DNA of 18,062 nt from Bryobacterales bacterium. GTDB taxonomy: Bacteria; Acidobacteriota; Terriglobia; Bryobacterales; Bryobacteraceae. Shown here in pieces: positions 7,710 through 16,415 of this stretch; position 1 is the first letter of the stretch, and every line of letters starts with the position of its first letter. The stretch lies in assembly GCA_016789925.1 (NCBI GenBank), contig JAEUQD010000162.1, positions 1 to 18,062 of the forward strand, given 5' to 3'. The position numbers were made by a program, and so were the translations under genes. Under the pieces are notes generated by a model. It was given only the letters and a program-made list of their open reading frames with translations. It did no database searches and was not told the origin of the DNA.

Positions 7710-8192
7710 ATGGCTTCCCGTAGTGTCAACAAGGTAATCCTGCTGGGTCATCTGGGCAAAGATGCCGAGACCCGTTTCACCTCCGGCGGCGCGTCCGTCA
7801 CCACTTTCTCGATTGCCACGAACCGCCGCTGGAAAGACCAGCAAACCGGCGAGTGGAAAGATCAGACCGACTGGCACAATATCGTTCTTTGGCGGCAGGA
7901 GAACCTTGGTCAGTTCTTGACCAAGGGGAAGCAAGTCTATGTCGAAGGAAGACTGCAAACCAGCTCCTATGATGACAAAGACGGCAACAAACGCTACAAG
8001 ACCGAAGTGATCGCCGACGACGTGATCCTCCTGTCGGGCCGGGGTGAAGGGGGCGACGCGCCCTCCTACGAACAGCCCAGCAGTGGTCCGGTATCCATGC
8101 CGCGATCCGCACGACCACAGCGTCCAGCCGGCCCTCCGGCCCCGGATCCGTACGGCGACCAGGGCGTCAACGACGACGACGTCCCCTTCTAG
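7710..8192 (+). CDS. ssb: Single-stranded DNA-binding protein
   Basis: The OB-fold N-terminus (NKVILLGHLGKDAETRFTSGG..WHNIVLW) is followed by a Gly/Pro-rich linker and the acidic tip DDDVPF. AAGGAG lies 7 nt upstream. Confidence 0.92.
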   Translation: MASRSVNKVILLGHLGKDAETRFTSGGASVTTFSIATNRRWKDQQTGEWKDQTDWHNIVLWRQENLGQFLTKGKQVYVEGRLQTSSYDDKDGNKRYKTEVIADDVILLSGRGEGGDAPSYEQPSSGPVSMPRSARPQRPAGPPAPDPYGDQGVNDDDVPF

Positions 8193-8256
8193 AAGCAGAA
8201 GAGTTTCCCCGGACCCCCTTGACCTTGGGGTTCAGATTTGATACCACTCTACGATC

Positions 8257-8706
8257 ATGAAGCCGACTGCAACCAGTGGTTCGCTCCTGGGCTGGAAAGG
8301 CCGCGACGTCTGGGCGATCACGCCGGACGCCTCGGTGTTCGACGCCATCGCCATGATGGCGGAGCGCGGGATTGGCGCGCTGCTCGTGATTGAAGGGGGG
8401 AAATTGGCAGGCATCGTCTCGGAACGCGATTACACCCGAAAGGTGTTCTTGCAGGGTCGCTCGTCGAAGCAGACCTCCGTTCAGGAGATCATGACAGCCC
8501 CGGTGTACGTGGCATCCCCGAACGATTCCGTCGAAGACGCCATGCGGCTGATGACCGAGCGCCGCGTCCGCCATCTGCCGATTGTGGAGGGCGAACGGAT
8601 TGTCGGCGTCGTCTCGATCGGCGATTTGGTGAAGTGGACCATCTCCGCGCAGGAAGAGCATATCGCCCAACTGCATAACTTTATCGCCGGGTCGTATCCC
8701 GGCTAG
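8257..8706 (+). CDS. CBS-domain pair protein
   Basis: There are two CBS repeats, VWAITPDASVFDAIAMMAERGIGALLVIE..GKLAGIVSERDY and IMTAPVYVASPNDSVEDAMRLMTERRVRHLPIVEGERIVGVVSIGDLV. Confidence 0.75.
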   Translation: MKPTATSGSLLGWKGRDVWAITPDASVFDAIAMMAERGIGALLVIEGGKLAGIVSERDYTRKVFLQGRSSKQTSVQEIMTAPVYVASPNDSVEDAMRLMTERRVRHLPIVEGERIVGVVSIGDLVKWTISAQEEHIAQLHNFIAGSYPG

Positions 8707-8723
8707 CCCACGATTGGCGCAGG

Positions 8724-10142
8724 GTGTCTGTGCCCGCGCGGTGTACAATCATAGTTTCCATGGCTCGTGAGTATTCCCTGACCCCCCGTCGTGTGCCTCG
8801 CGTCGAATCGAAATACCGTCGCATTGTGACGGAGATTCCCGCGCCTGAGTCTCTTCCAATTCTGGAGCGGCTCCAGAAGTATGAACCGCTGGCGATGCGC
8901 GGCCAGCCGCCGATTGTCTGGGACCGTGCCGACGGTTTCCTGGTTTCCGACGCCTATGGCAACCGCTGGATCGATTGGTCGAGCGGGGTGCTCATCACCA
9001 ACGCCGGCCACGGCCGTCGCGAGATCATCGACGCTGTCGTGTCGCAGGCCGAGCACCAGCTATTAACCAACTATTGCTTTCCGAACGAAGTCCGTTCGCG
9101 CCTTGTGGAGAAGCTGGCGACAATGTTCGGCGAACCCGACCGCAAGGTCTTTCTCCTCACGACCGGATCGGAAGCGGTCGAGTGCGCCATCAAGTTGTGC
9201 CGCACGCATGGCGTGAAGGTAGGAGGACGCGCCAAGAATATTGTGGTTTCGTTTGACAAGGCATTCCACGGTCGCACGCTTGGCTCGCAACAGGCCGGTG
9301 GCATTCCTTCGCTGAAGGAATGGATTGTCAATATGGATCCGGGTTTCGTCCAAGTTCCGTTTCCCGATGGCTTCCGCACTACCGACACATCCTTCGATGG
9401 GTTCATGAACGCGCTACTGGCGCAGAATGTCCACCCGGCCAATGTTGCCGGCGTGATTCTCGAGACCTACCAGGGAGGCAGCGCCTCGTTCGCGCCGGTC
9501 GAGTACATGCAAAAGATGCGCGAGTGGTGCACGGCACATCATATTCTGCTGGTGTGCGATGAAGTGCAGGCCGGCTTTGGGCGTACAGGCAAGCTGGCCG
9601 GTTATCAACACTACGGGATCTTGCCGGACCTCACCACCTGGGGTAAGGGCATCACGAGTTCGCTGCCGTTGTCGTGCGTCATCGGGCGCGCCGATGTGAT
9701 GGACTTGCATCCGGCGGGCAGCATGACTTCGACTCACACGGGCAACCCTATCTGCTGCGCAGCCGCGTTGGCCAATATCGATTTGATCCTTAACGAGAAT
9801 CTCACCGAGAACGCGCGCGTGATGGGCGATTTGATGCTCAGCCGTTTCCGCGAGATGCAGAAGCATTTTCCGCAAATCGGCTACGTCGACGGCAAGGGTC
9901 TGGTAGCGGGTATCGCTTGCGTACGCCCCGGTTCGAAAGATCCGGATCCGGATTTGGCATGGGACACGATCAATACTTGCATGGAACAAGGCGTCCTGAT
10001 GTTCTCGCCGGTCGGGTTCGGCGGCGGCACCATTAAAGTCTGCCCGCCTCTCGTGATCAATGAAGAAGCTCTCCAGGAAAGTCTGGATGTGTTTGAAGCC
10101 GCTTTTGCCGCGACGGTGGCGGCTCGCAAGGCGGCGGCCTAG
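8724..10142 (+). CDS. Class III (omega-type) PLP-dependent aminotransferase
   Basis: LTTGSEAVECAIKL, DEVQAGFGRTGK and the PLP-lysine motif TWGKG define aminotransferase fold-type I class III. The ORF-track start is GTG at 8724. ATG at 8760 (MAREYSL) is the more likely start and gives about 460 aa. Confidence 0.8.
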   Translation: MSVPARCTIIVSMAREYSLTPRRVPRVESKYRRIVTEIPAPESLPILERLQKYEPLAMRGQPPIVWDRADGFLVSDAYGNRWIDWSSGVLITNAGHGRREIIDAVVSQAEHQLLTNYCFPNEVRSRLVEKLATMFGEPDRKVFLLTTGSEAVECAIKLCRTHGVKVGGRAKNIVVSFDKAFHGRTLGSQQAGGIPSLKEWIVNMDPGFVQVPFPDGFRTTDTSFDGFMNALLAQNVHPANVAGVILETYQGGSASFAPVEYMQKMREWCTAHHILLVCDEVQAGFGRTGKLAGYQHYGILPDLTTWGKGITSSLPLSCVIGRADVMDLHPAGSMTSTHTGNPICCAAALANIDLILNENLTENARVMGDLMLSRFREMQKHFPQIGYVDGKGLVAGIACVRPGSKDPDPDLAWDTINTCMEQGVLMFSPVGFGGGTIKVCPPLVINEEALQESLDVFEAAFAATVAARKAAA

Positions 10143-10150
10143 AACCCAGC

Positions 10151-11371
10151 ATGAACAAACTCACGGTGACGTTGGTGGGCGGCGGGATGATCGCCCAGGA
10201 CCAGATTCTTCCGTCGCTCTATCAGCTACAGCGCGAAGGCGTCGTCGGCGACATTTCGGTGGTTTCGCTCCAGGCGCGCACGGTCAAAGCGCTCGCCGAC
10301 AACGAGACCATCCGGCGTGCGTTTCCGGGCCACAGCTTCCGGCCGTACCCTGATCCCTCGCAAGACCCCATGGTCAAGAACCCCGACCTCTACAAAGAGG
10401 TGATCGCGACCATGCCGCCCCGCCAGTTAGTGGTGATCGGCGTTCCGGATCAGTTGCACTTTGAAGTCGTGATGTATGCGCTGCGGGCCAATCAGAATGT
10501 GATTGTCGTCAAACCGCTGGTGCTCACGATGGCCGAGGCCAAATTGGTCGAGGAGGAAGCGAGACGGCGCGAGTTGTTTGTCGGCGTGGAGTATCACAAG
10601 CGCTTTGACGACCGGAGCCTACTGGCGCGGCGGCGGTATCGCGAAGGCATGTTTGGGGAGTTCCGGCTAGGCACGGCCCGGCTGATGGAGAAGTGGTACT
10701 ACCGGCAGTCGAACTTTCAGAATTGGTTTACGTGCGAGAATACCGACGCGTTCACCTACATTGGCTGTCATTACGTGGACTTCGTTCACTTCGTGACCGG
10801 ATTGCTGCCGCGCTCGGTGTCGGTTTACGGAATCAAAGACACGTTTCCGAACGGGAACGAGGGTTACCTGTGGACGGACGCGCGCGTAATTTGGGAGAAC
10901 GGGGCGTGCCTGAATGTCCAGAATACGTTGTCTTTTCCCGATGAAGCGCCAGGTTCGAATACGCAGGGCATCACAATGTATTTCTCCGACGGAGCGCGGG
11001 GCGCGTGGCTGGAACACTCCGACCAATACCGCGGCATCAAGTACTGCTATACGCACCGGACGGACGCCCCTGGCGCCACCGTATTCGCCGAACCGTCTAC
11101 CGAATACTTCCAGTATGTCGACGCCGGTGGGCCGGGCTTGCAGTGCATCGGCTACGGCTACCGGTCAGTGGCGGCGCTCGTCAAGGCGGTCGTGCGCGTC
11201 GAGACGGCCGAGAATCGCCGGGCCGTGCTCGACGAAATCGACAACTATGGATTGCTGGCGACGCCGAAGAACAGCTCGTTCAACGAAGCGGTGATCGAAG
11301 CGGCGCGGCTGTCGATTCTGAATGGAGGCCGCGAAGCCGTGATTGAAGGTGGTCGAGTTAGTTTGCGGTAG
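10151..11371 (+). CDS. Gfo/Idh/MocA-like NAD(P)-dependent oxidoreductase
   Basis: An N-terminal Rossmann motif is present (KLTVTLVGGGMIAQDQILPSL). The central VEYHKRFD resembles the family EKP-type motif. It lies 8 nt downstream of the aminotransferase and is probably co-transcribed with it. Confidence 0.55.
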   Translation: MNKLTVTLVGGGMIAQDQILPSLYQLQREGVVGDISVVSLQARTVKALADNETIRRAFPGHSFRPYPDPSQDPMVKNPDLYKEVIATMPPRQLVVIGVPDQLHFEVVMYALRANQNVIVVKPLVLTMAEAKLVEEEARRRELFVGVEYHKRFDDRSLLARRRYREGMFGEFRLGTARLMEKWYYRQSNFQNWFTCENTDAFTYIGCHYVDFVHFVTGLLPRSVSVYGIKDTFPNGNEGYLWTDARVIWENGACLNVQNTLSFPDEAPGSNTQGITMYFSDGARGAWLEHSDQYRGIKYCYTHRTDAPGATVFAEPSTEYFQYVDAGGPGLQCIGYGYRSVAALVKAVVRVETAENRRAVLDEIDNYGLLATPKNSSFNEAVIEAARLSILNGGREAVIEGGRVSLR

Positions 11372-12776
11372 CGATCCACGTGCTCAGCGGGCCGAAGTTG
11401 CCCACCAACTCCAGGTTGAACCCGGCTTGAACGAATCGGGCTTTGAGCTTTTCGCCGGGGAATACGATCAGCCCAACCGGCCTACCTCGTGCCCCTTCCA
11501 GGAATTCGGCCAGATACGGACCGTCCGTGGCTGGCAGCCCGTACGGCAAGGGAGTCACGGAAACACCCGGCGGGTAGACAACGGCAGGAGCGCTCAGAAA
11601 CCGTGACTTCAACGGGTCGCGCAGCCAACGCTCGTCGCGCCCTTCGACGAAGCCGGTTTGCATCGCGATCGTGGGGGCCCGGCCGCGCAGCGAGTGGAGC
11701 GCCGCACGCCAGTCTTCCGAACGGAATGGCCGCCTGATGCCTCCGCCCACAATCGTGTAGCCGAGAATCAGCACGAGTAGTGAGCAAGCCACCGCCAAGC
11801 GTGCGCGCGGAGGGTGCAAACCATGGACCGCCAGTGCATAGAGGAGGATGATGCCAATGTCTGCGGCAATCATATAGCGTGACGTGAAGATACTTACGGG
11901 TCCCGTTCGGGACAGGACAAACATGATCAGCGGAAGCACCACGCCGAGGCCTGTGGCGTTAACCAGGAGGGGGAGAGGTACTTGCGGGCGTCCCCATTGC
12001 CATGGCCGCGTAAACACAAAGGCCACTGCGGCGGCAGCCAGCGACGGGAGGAAGATGGCGCGGTGCGTATACAAGGCGAGCCATGTGTTCAATGTGGGCC
12101 GCGCCAGCCAGTTGCGGAGTTGGACGGAGCCTTGATCGTCAAACGCATTCAGTGTGGGGATGACCAGCAAGGCCGGAAGCGCAAAGGACAAGGCCAACGC
12201 GGCGTAATGGCTCAAGGGATGACGCCGGCGGTAGGCGGCCGCAGTCAGCAGGAGAATGGGAAGGACCGTCACTGCTAACAGGTGATTCGCGGGCAGCAGG
12301 CCCGCCGCCAAGCCGAGCGCCACCGCGTACCCGATGCCACCGCGCCACATCCATCGGTCAAGAAAATACAGAGCGGCCGCGGCAAACAGCACAGAGAAGG
12401 CATAGGGACGAGTCTCGGTACCGTGTGCCTGCATGTTCCCGTGGACAGCGAACAGCGCAACCACCAGGTATGCAGTATCCGTCCCGAGATGGCGCCGGCT
12501 GTAGAGGAAGAGCAGGGCGGCTGCCACCGACATGGCGATCAGCGAAGGCAGGCGGAGCAGTACTTCCGAAAACCCAAACAACTGGAGAAGAAGCCACGAC
12601 ACAGTAAGGTGAGGCAGCGAGCCGACAAAGATTTGCTGCCGTGAGAGAAGCTCCGCCCACGTGCCACTGACAACGAAAACCGTGCCGCACTCGTCCAGCC
12701 ACAGGCTCTCCGGCAGTACGCGCAGCCAGCCGGCGGCGATGACGGCCGCCAGTAGGCATAGGAAGAAACGCCGCAC
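11358..12776 (-). CDS. Polytopic membrane protein, GT-C fold glycosyltransferase-like (ArnT/PMT, COG1807-type)
   Basis: About 11 predicted TM helices are followed by a ~100-aa C-terminal soluble domain. A DE motif sits in the first extracytoplasmic loop (ESLWLDECGTVF), as in ArnT (WQPDETRY) and PMT mannosyltransferases. The GTG start directly abuts the TAG of the upstream gene (TAGGTG). Confidence 0.45.
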   Translation of the reverse strand: MRRFFLCLLAAVIAAGWLRVLPESLWLDECGTVFVVSGTWAELLSRQQIFVGSLPHLTVSWLLLQLFGFSEVLLRLPSLIAMSVAAALLFLYSRRHLGTDTAYLVVALFAVHGNMQAHGTETRPYAFSVLFAAAALYFLDRWMWRGGIGYAVALGLAAGLLPANHLLAVTVLPILLLTAAAYRRRHPLSHYAALALSFALPALLVIPTLNAFDDQGSVQLRNWLARPTLNTWLALYTHRAIFLPSLAAAAVAFVFTRPWQWGRPQVPLPLLVNATGLGVVLPLIMFVLSRTGPVSIFTSRYMIAADIGIILLYALAVHGLHPPRARLAVACSLLVLILGYTIVGGGIRRPFRSEDWRAALHSLRGRAPTIAMQTGFVEGRDERWLRDPLKSRFLSAPAVVYPPGVSVTPLPYGLPATDGPYLAEFLEGARGRPVGLIVFPGEKLKARFVQAGFNLELVGNFGPLSTWIATAN

Positions 12777-15137
12777 CTAGCGCCCTGCGGTCAGTGCCTT
12801 CGACTTCACGCGCACCCGGATGGGTGTTGGGGCGGCCTGTAAATTCTGTTGAGGAGAGCGCGTTTCGACGTTGCCGGCGACGTAAATCATACCCTCGGTC
12901 GGCTCGGCATTGGGCAGCGCCCAGAGTTTGAAGCTGCGCTCGACTTCGTCTTCGTTGATGAGCACACCATTCAGGCCGGAGTCGGTGACTCGCACGCGGG
13001 CGGGCAGGTCGCGTACCTGGACGGGAACACGGCCGGCGAATCCATTCTGGCGCCTGACGCGAACCTTGACCTCGGCGGTCTGGCCCGGTTCGAGTTCGAC
13101 CACTTGAGTTTCGGCGGTCATCAGCACATCGGGTTTCGGGGAGAGGGCGATCAGTTTAGTCCGATCCTCCGGATTGGCGGTGCGGGCGAGTTCCTTACCG
13201 TTAATCGTTGCGCGGCCGGTGACCTCGAACGCGACGGCCTGGTCGACCTTCGCATTGTCGTCGGCTGAAAGAAGCAAGGTGCAGGAATCGAGTCCCGCGG
13301 GGATCGTGTTTCTCGTGGCCTTGAGACCGGCGGGGAGATTCGAGAGCGATACCTCGATGGGGCCATCGTAGCCTTCCATGCGAAAGGCCGTGACATTCAA
13401 CGGCACTGAACCGCCGCGAGGCATGTTGGGGTTGCGCGGGTTGACGGCAAGGCGGAAGTCCGGGCGCGGCTCACGCACATTGAGCCGGTAAGCGAAGTCG
13501 GGACCACCCATGCCGCGCACGTCTCGCAGGCGCACAATGTATTCGCCATCGGCGGGCGCGACAAAGTTCACGAGAGAATCCTTGCCGTAGCCCGGGCCGC
13601 CGTCGTCGTTGTTGTAGTAGAGGCGTACCAGGGGCAGCCCGTTGGGCGAAAAGCGTGCGCCCGGCGGATGAATTTGCACTTTGTAGACGGAGCGGTCGAC
13701 GCCATGCGCCTCCGGGGTGGTCCCGAAGAAGCCCTTGCGCTGGCCATTGAACGACTCGACCGCCATGTCTTCGTCAGGCCCATCGGGCACTTCTTCGACC
13801 CTGCCGATTTCATTACCGATCAAAACGTAGTCGCCGACGCTGAGAAGATTCCACGACTGGATGCGGAGACCCCGCGAAGCCGAGTCGTGATCGCGCAACA
13901 CCAAATTGGTTTCCCAGGTAGCGCGCACGGTGGCATGTTCAATAGGCTGCGCCTTCGCATCGAGCACTTCGATGAAGGAATCGAGTTCCGAGCCAAGGCG
14001 GCGGGCTTGCACTTCAATCGTGACGCGCTGTCCTTTGCGGGCGCTCATTCGGAAGTCGTGACGTTCGCCTTGGTTCAAGCGGCCGTTGACGGTGACCGGG
14101 AGCGTGAGGGTCCGGGTAGTGGCGGCGTCCACCTCGGGGTCGTCGCCCAGACCGAGTTTCACCGTGTTGAGGGAGTTGCGCGGGCGCAGCAGCAATGCGT
14201 CCGGGTCGAGTTCCGACGGCTTACCGGTCACCTCAATTGCGGCGGCGGGCTGGTTGAAGCCTTTGAAGGCAATGGACCCGGAGGCGTTGCGGCGCAAGCC
14301 CAACGGATAGGCTGACGTCACCACCGACAGCTTTCCGGCCAGAATCCGGTAGAAATGCGATCCGCGGCCCGACGATTCAAAGTCAGTGATGCGGATGTAG
14401 TAGTGACCCGCTTTTTCAAAACGGTGGGCGAAGCGCTGGGTGGTCGCGCCGCCATCGTAGCCGAACTCCCTGAGTACCGATTGATCTTCACCCAGGATGC
14501 GAACCACCGGCTGCAGGCTGGAGCCGATCAGCATCGCCTGATTCTCAAAGACAATCTCTTCGCCGGCCTGGACCTTGATCTTGTAAAGGTCGACATCGCC
14601 CGCGCGTGAAATGGCGCCGGCGAGGACAGCGGGCAGAAAAGCCTCAACCGACGTTTCAAGCGTATCGTTCGGTTCTCTGTCGGCGGACTCGCCGAAGTAG
14701 GGCTCGATCAGGAACGTCCCTTCGGGGCTGGTGCCGAGTGGCGTGAGCACGCGGAACTTCACCGGGCCGACCGGCGCTTCCGGCGCGACGTCGACTTCGA
14801 CGGTCACCTGGTTGCGCGGCGGCAAGGGGCCGACGTCCACAGTGGAAGGCGTGCCATTGGAGCCGAGACGAATGTCCGGAAGATCCGGCAGTTCCTTCAC
14901 GCGCACGGTCTTGCCTTTGATTCCCGGTTCGGAGAAGTAGACCGCCGAGGCTCCGGCGAGGTTGAGACCTTCAACGGTAAGTTCGACGGTGGTGCCACGG
15001 GCGACGCCGAGCGGAACAACGGAATTCAGTGTGGGCGGCGTAATGCGCGGCCCCGTGGGATGGTCGATAGGCGCTTGCGCGAAGGCAAACACCGCGGCAG
15101 TGGCAGCAGCGAACAGACGCAGCATCATGTGGGTCAC
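12777..15137 (-). CDS. Large secreted multi-domain protein with three PPC (pre-peptidase C-terminal)-like domains plus Ig-like beta domains, and no recognisable catalytic motif
   Basis: Signal peptide is MMLRLFAAATAAVFAFAQA. The PPC-like segments are EPNDTLETSVEAF..AGDVDLYKIKVQAGEEIVFE, GERHDFRMSARKGQRVTIEVQARRLGSELDSFIEVLDAKAQP and DSLVNFVAPADGEYIVRLRDVRG..GPDFAYRLNV. It is Cys-poor and has no CxxCH. The likely true start is ATG at 15129 or 15126 rather than GTG at 15137. Confidence 0.6.
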   Translation of the reverse strand: MTHMMLRLFAAATAAVFAFAQAPIDHPTGPRITPPTLNSVVPLGVARGTTVELTVEGLNLAGASAVYFSEPGIKGKTVRVKELPDLPDIRLGSNGTPSTVDVGPLPPRNQVTVEVDVAPEAPVGPVKFRVLTPLGTSPEGTFLIEPYFGESADREPNDTLETSVEAFLPAVLAGAISRAGDVDLYKIKVQAGEEIVFENQAMLIGSSLQPVVRILGEDQSVLREFGYDGGATTQRFAHRFEKAGHYYIRITDFESSGRGSHFYRILAGKLSVVTSAYPLGLRRNASGSIAFKGFNQPAAAIEVTGKPSELDPDALLLRPRNSLNTVKLGLGDDPEVDAATTRTLTLPVTVNGRLNQGERHDFRMSARKGQRVTIEVQARRLGSELDSFIEVLDAKAQPIEHATVRATWETNLVLRDHDSASRGLRIQSWNLLSVGDYVLIGNEIGRVEEVPDGPDEDMAVESFNGQRKGFFGTTPEAHGVDRSVYKVQIHPPGARFSPNGLPLVRLYYNNDDGGPGYGKDSLVNFVAPADGEYIVRLRDVRGMGGPDFAYRLNVREPRPDFRLAVNPRNPNMPRGGSVPLNVTAFRMEGYDGPIEVSLSNLPAGLKATRNTIPAGLDSCTLLLSADDNAKVDQAVAFEVTGRATINGKELARTANPEDRTKLIALSPKPDVLMTAETQVVELEPGQTAEVKVRVRRQNGFAGRVPVQVRDLPARVRVTDSGLNGVLINEDEVERSFKLWALPNAEPTEGMIYVAGNVETRSPQQNLQAAPTPIRVRVKSKALTAGR

Positions 15138-16411
15138 CTCGTGGCGGAGAGCGTACCGGCAACGGGCAGAAGGGCGAGTGAGCCATCCAGCCGTGCGATG
15201 GCCAATTGACGGCCATCAGGGGAAAACTGCAAACCGTACACCCAGTCGGACTGACCGGGCAGAACTTTCAATTCGGTGAGGTCGGCGGCGCGCAACAGTT
15301 TCACCGAACGGTCGGCGGAAGAAGACATGAGAGTCTTACCGTCGGGCGACCATGCGAGTTTGAGAATAGCGTCTTCGTGTGCCGTGAGAGACAGCAGAAG
15401 TTCGCCGTTGATGTCGCCCATGCGCCAAATGCGGATGGACTTGTCGAGGCCTCCGGCGGCCACCAGTTTACCGGTGGGGTCGATGGCAAGAGTATTGATA
15501 CCGTCCGTGGCTTCAGAGAATGTATAGAGGCGTTCGCCGGTTGCGGGGTTCCAGATTTTCACTGTGCGGTCGGCCGCGCCGGAGACAAGCCGTGAGCCGC
15601 CGGGGGTGAACTGAAGAGCGTAGACGGCGTCGATGTGGTCCTTCAGCGTGCGGACCTCGTGGCCCGTGACGGTGTCCCAGATCTTGATGAGCTTGTCGTA
15701 GGACGAGGTGGCCAATGTCTTTCCGTCAGGGGCGAAGGCGAGGCCATAGATGCAGTCGCTGTGGCCGTTGATGGTGGGTCCGGCCTGGCGGGTCTCGACG
15801 TTCCAGAGCCGTACCTCACCGCTTTTTGCGCAGATTCCACCGGCGGCGGCGAGCCACTTGCCATCGCTCGAAAAAGCAACATTGCGCACGGTGCCCGCAT
15901 GCGGCGTCAGAGTCGCCACCGGCTTGCGCGTTTGCGCGTCGGTGAGTGTCACGGATTTGTGCCCAGCCAGAGCCAGCAGCGCTCCTCCGGGTTGCCAGGC
16001 CATGGCGAACACTTGCGGCTTCACAGTGACCTTGGGCTGGATGGCAGGAGCTTGCGCGCCAACTGACGCGCGGGCCGCGACTGTCTGGCCCTTGCCGCCC
16101 GCGGCGATCCACCGCTTGATCAAATCAACTTCACCGTCGGTGAGCGAAGTGCCGTCCATCGGCATTTTCGGATACGCCTTGCCGGTGACAAACTGCACGA
16201 GCAGGCTTTCATCAGGCTTGCCGGGGATCACCGTCCGGCCATGATTGCCGCCGCTGAGCGTGGACTCGTAGGAATTGATCGAGTATTCGCCCATCTTCGC
16301 CTGGCCGGCGTGACAGCCTCCGCAGCGCTTGTCGAGCAGAGGCGCGATGTCCTTGGCGTAGTCCTGCGCCAGGGCCAAGGCGGCGAACAGAGAGAGGGTC
16401 GCGAGGCGCAT
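15134..16411 (-). CDS. Periplasmic PSCyt1 (Planctomycete cytochrome c-like, CxxCH) domain fused to a WD40 beta-propeller
   Basis: Signal peptide is MRLATLSLFAALALAQD. IAPLLDKRCGGCHAGQ...GKPDESLLVQFV...KMPMDG...IKRWIAAG matches the PSCyt1 pattern with a CxxCH heme motif. At least 6-7 WD repeats follow (VRNVAFSSDGKWLAAAG..VRLWNV, GLAFAPDGKTLATSSYDKLIKIWD, ALQFTPGGSRLVSGAADRTVKIWN, and so on). Confidence 0.8.
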   Translation of the reverse strand: MRLATLSLFAALALAQDYAKDIAPLLDKRCGGCHAGQAKMGEYSINSYESTLSGGNHGRTVIPGKPDESLLVQFVTGKAYPKMPMDGTSLTDGEVDLIKRWIAAGGKGQTVAARASVGAQAPAIQPKVTVKPQVFAMAWQPGGALLALAGHKSVTLTDAQTRKPVATLTPHAGTVRNVAFSSDGKWLAAAGGICAKSGEVRLWNVETRQAGPTINGHSDCIYGLAFAPDGKTLATSSYDKLIKIWDTVTGHEVRTLKDHIDAVYALQFTPGGSRLVSGAADRTVKIWNPATGERLYTFSEATDGINTLAIDPTGKLVAAGGLDKSIRIWRMGDINGELLLSLTAHEDAILKLAWSPDGKTLMSSSADRSVKLLRAADLTELKVLPGQSDWVYGLQFSPDGRQLAIARLDGSLALLPVAGTLSATR

Positions 16412-16415
16412 GGCG

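Noticed and set aside
10667-11346. Overlapping ORFs inside the oxidoreductase gene (10667..11056 minus strand, 10914..11294 plus strand, 11005..11346 plus strand)
   Set aside because: These are alternative frames of a gene with a clear Rossmann N-terminus. The translations are Arg-rich with no recognisable features.
13668-14315. A 215-aa plus-strand ORF, and other plus-strand ORFs between 12849 and 15279
   Set aside because: They are antisense within the 786-aa secreted-protein gene, which has a signal peptide and repeated PPC-like modules. They have no start context and no motifs.
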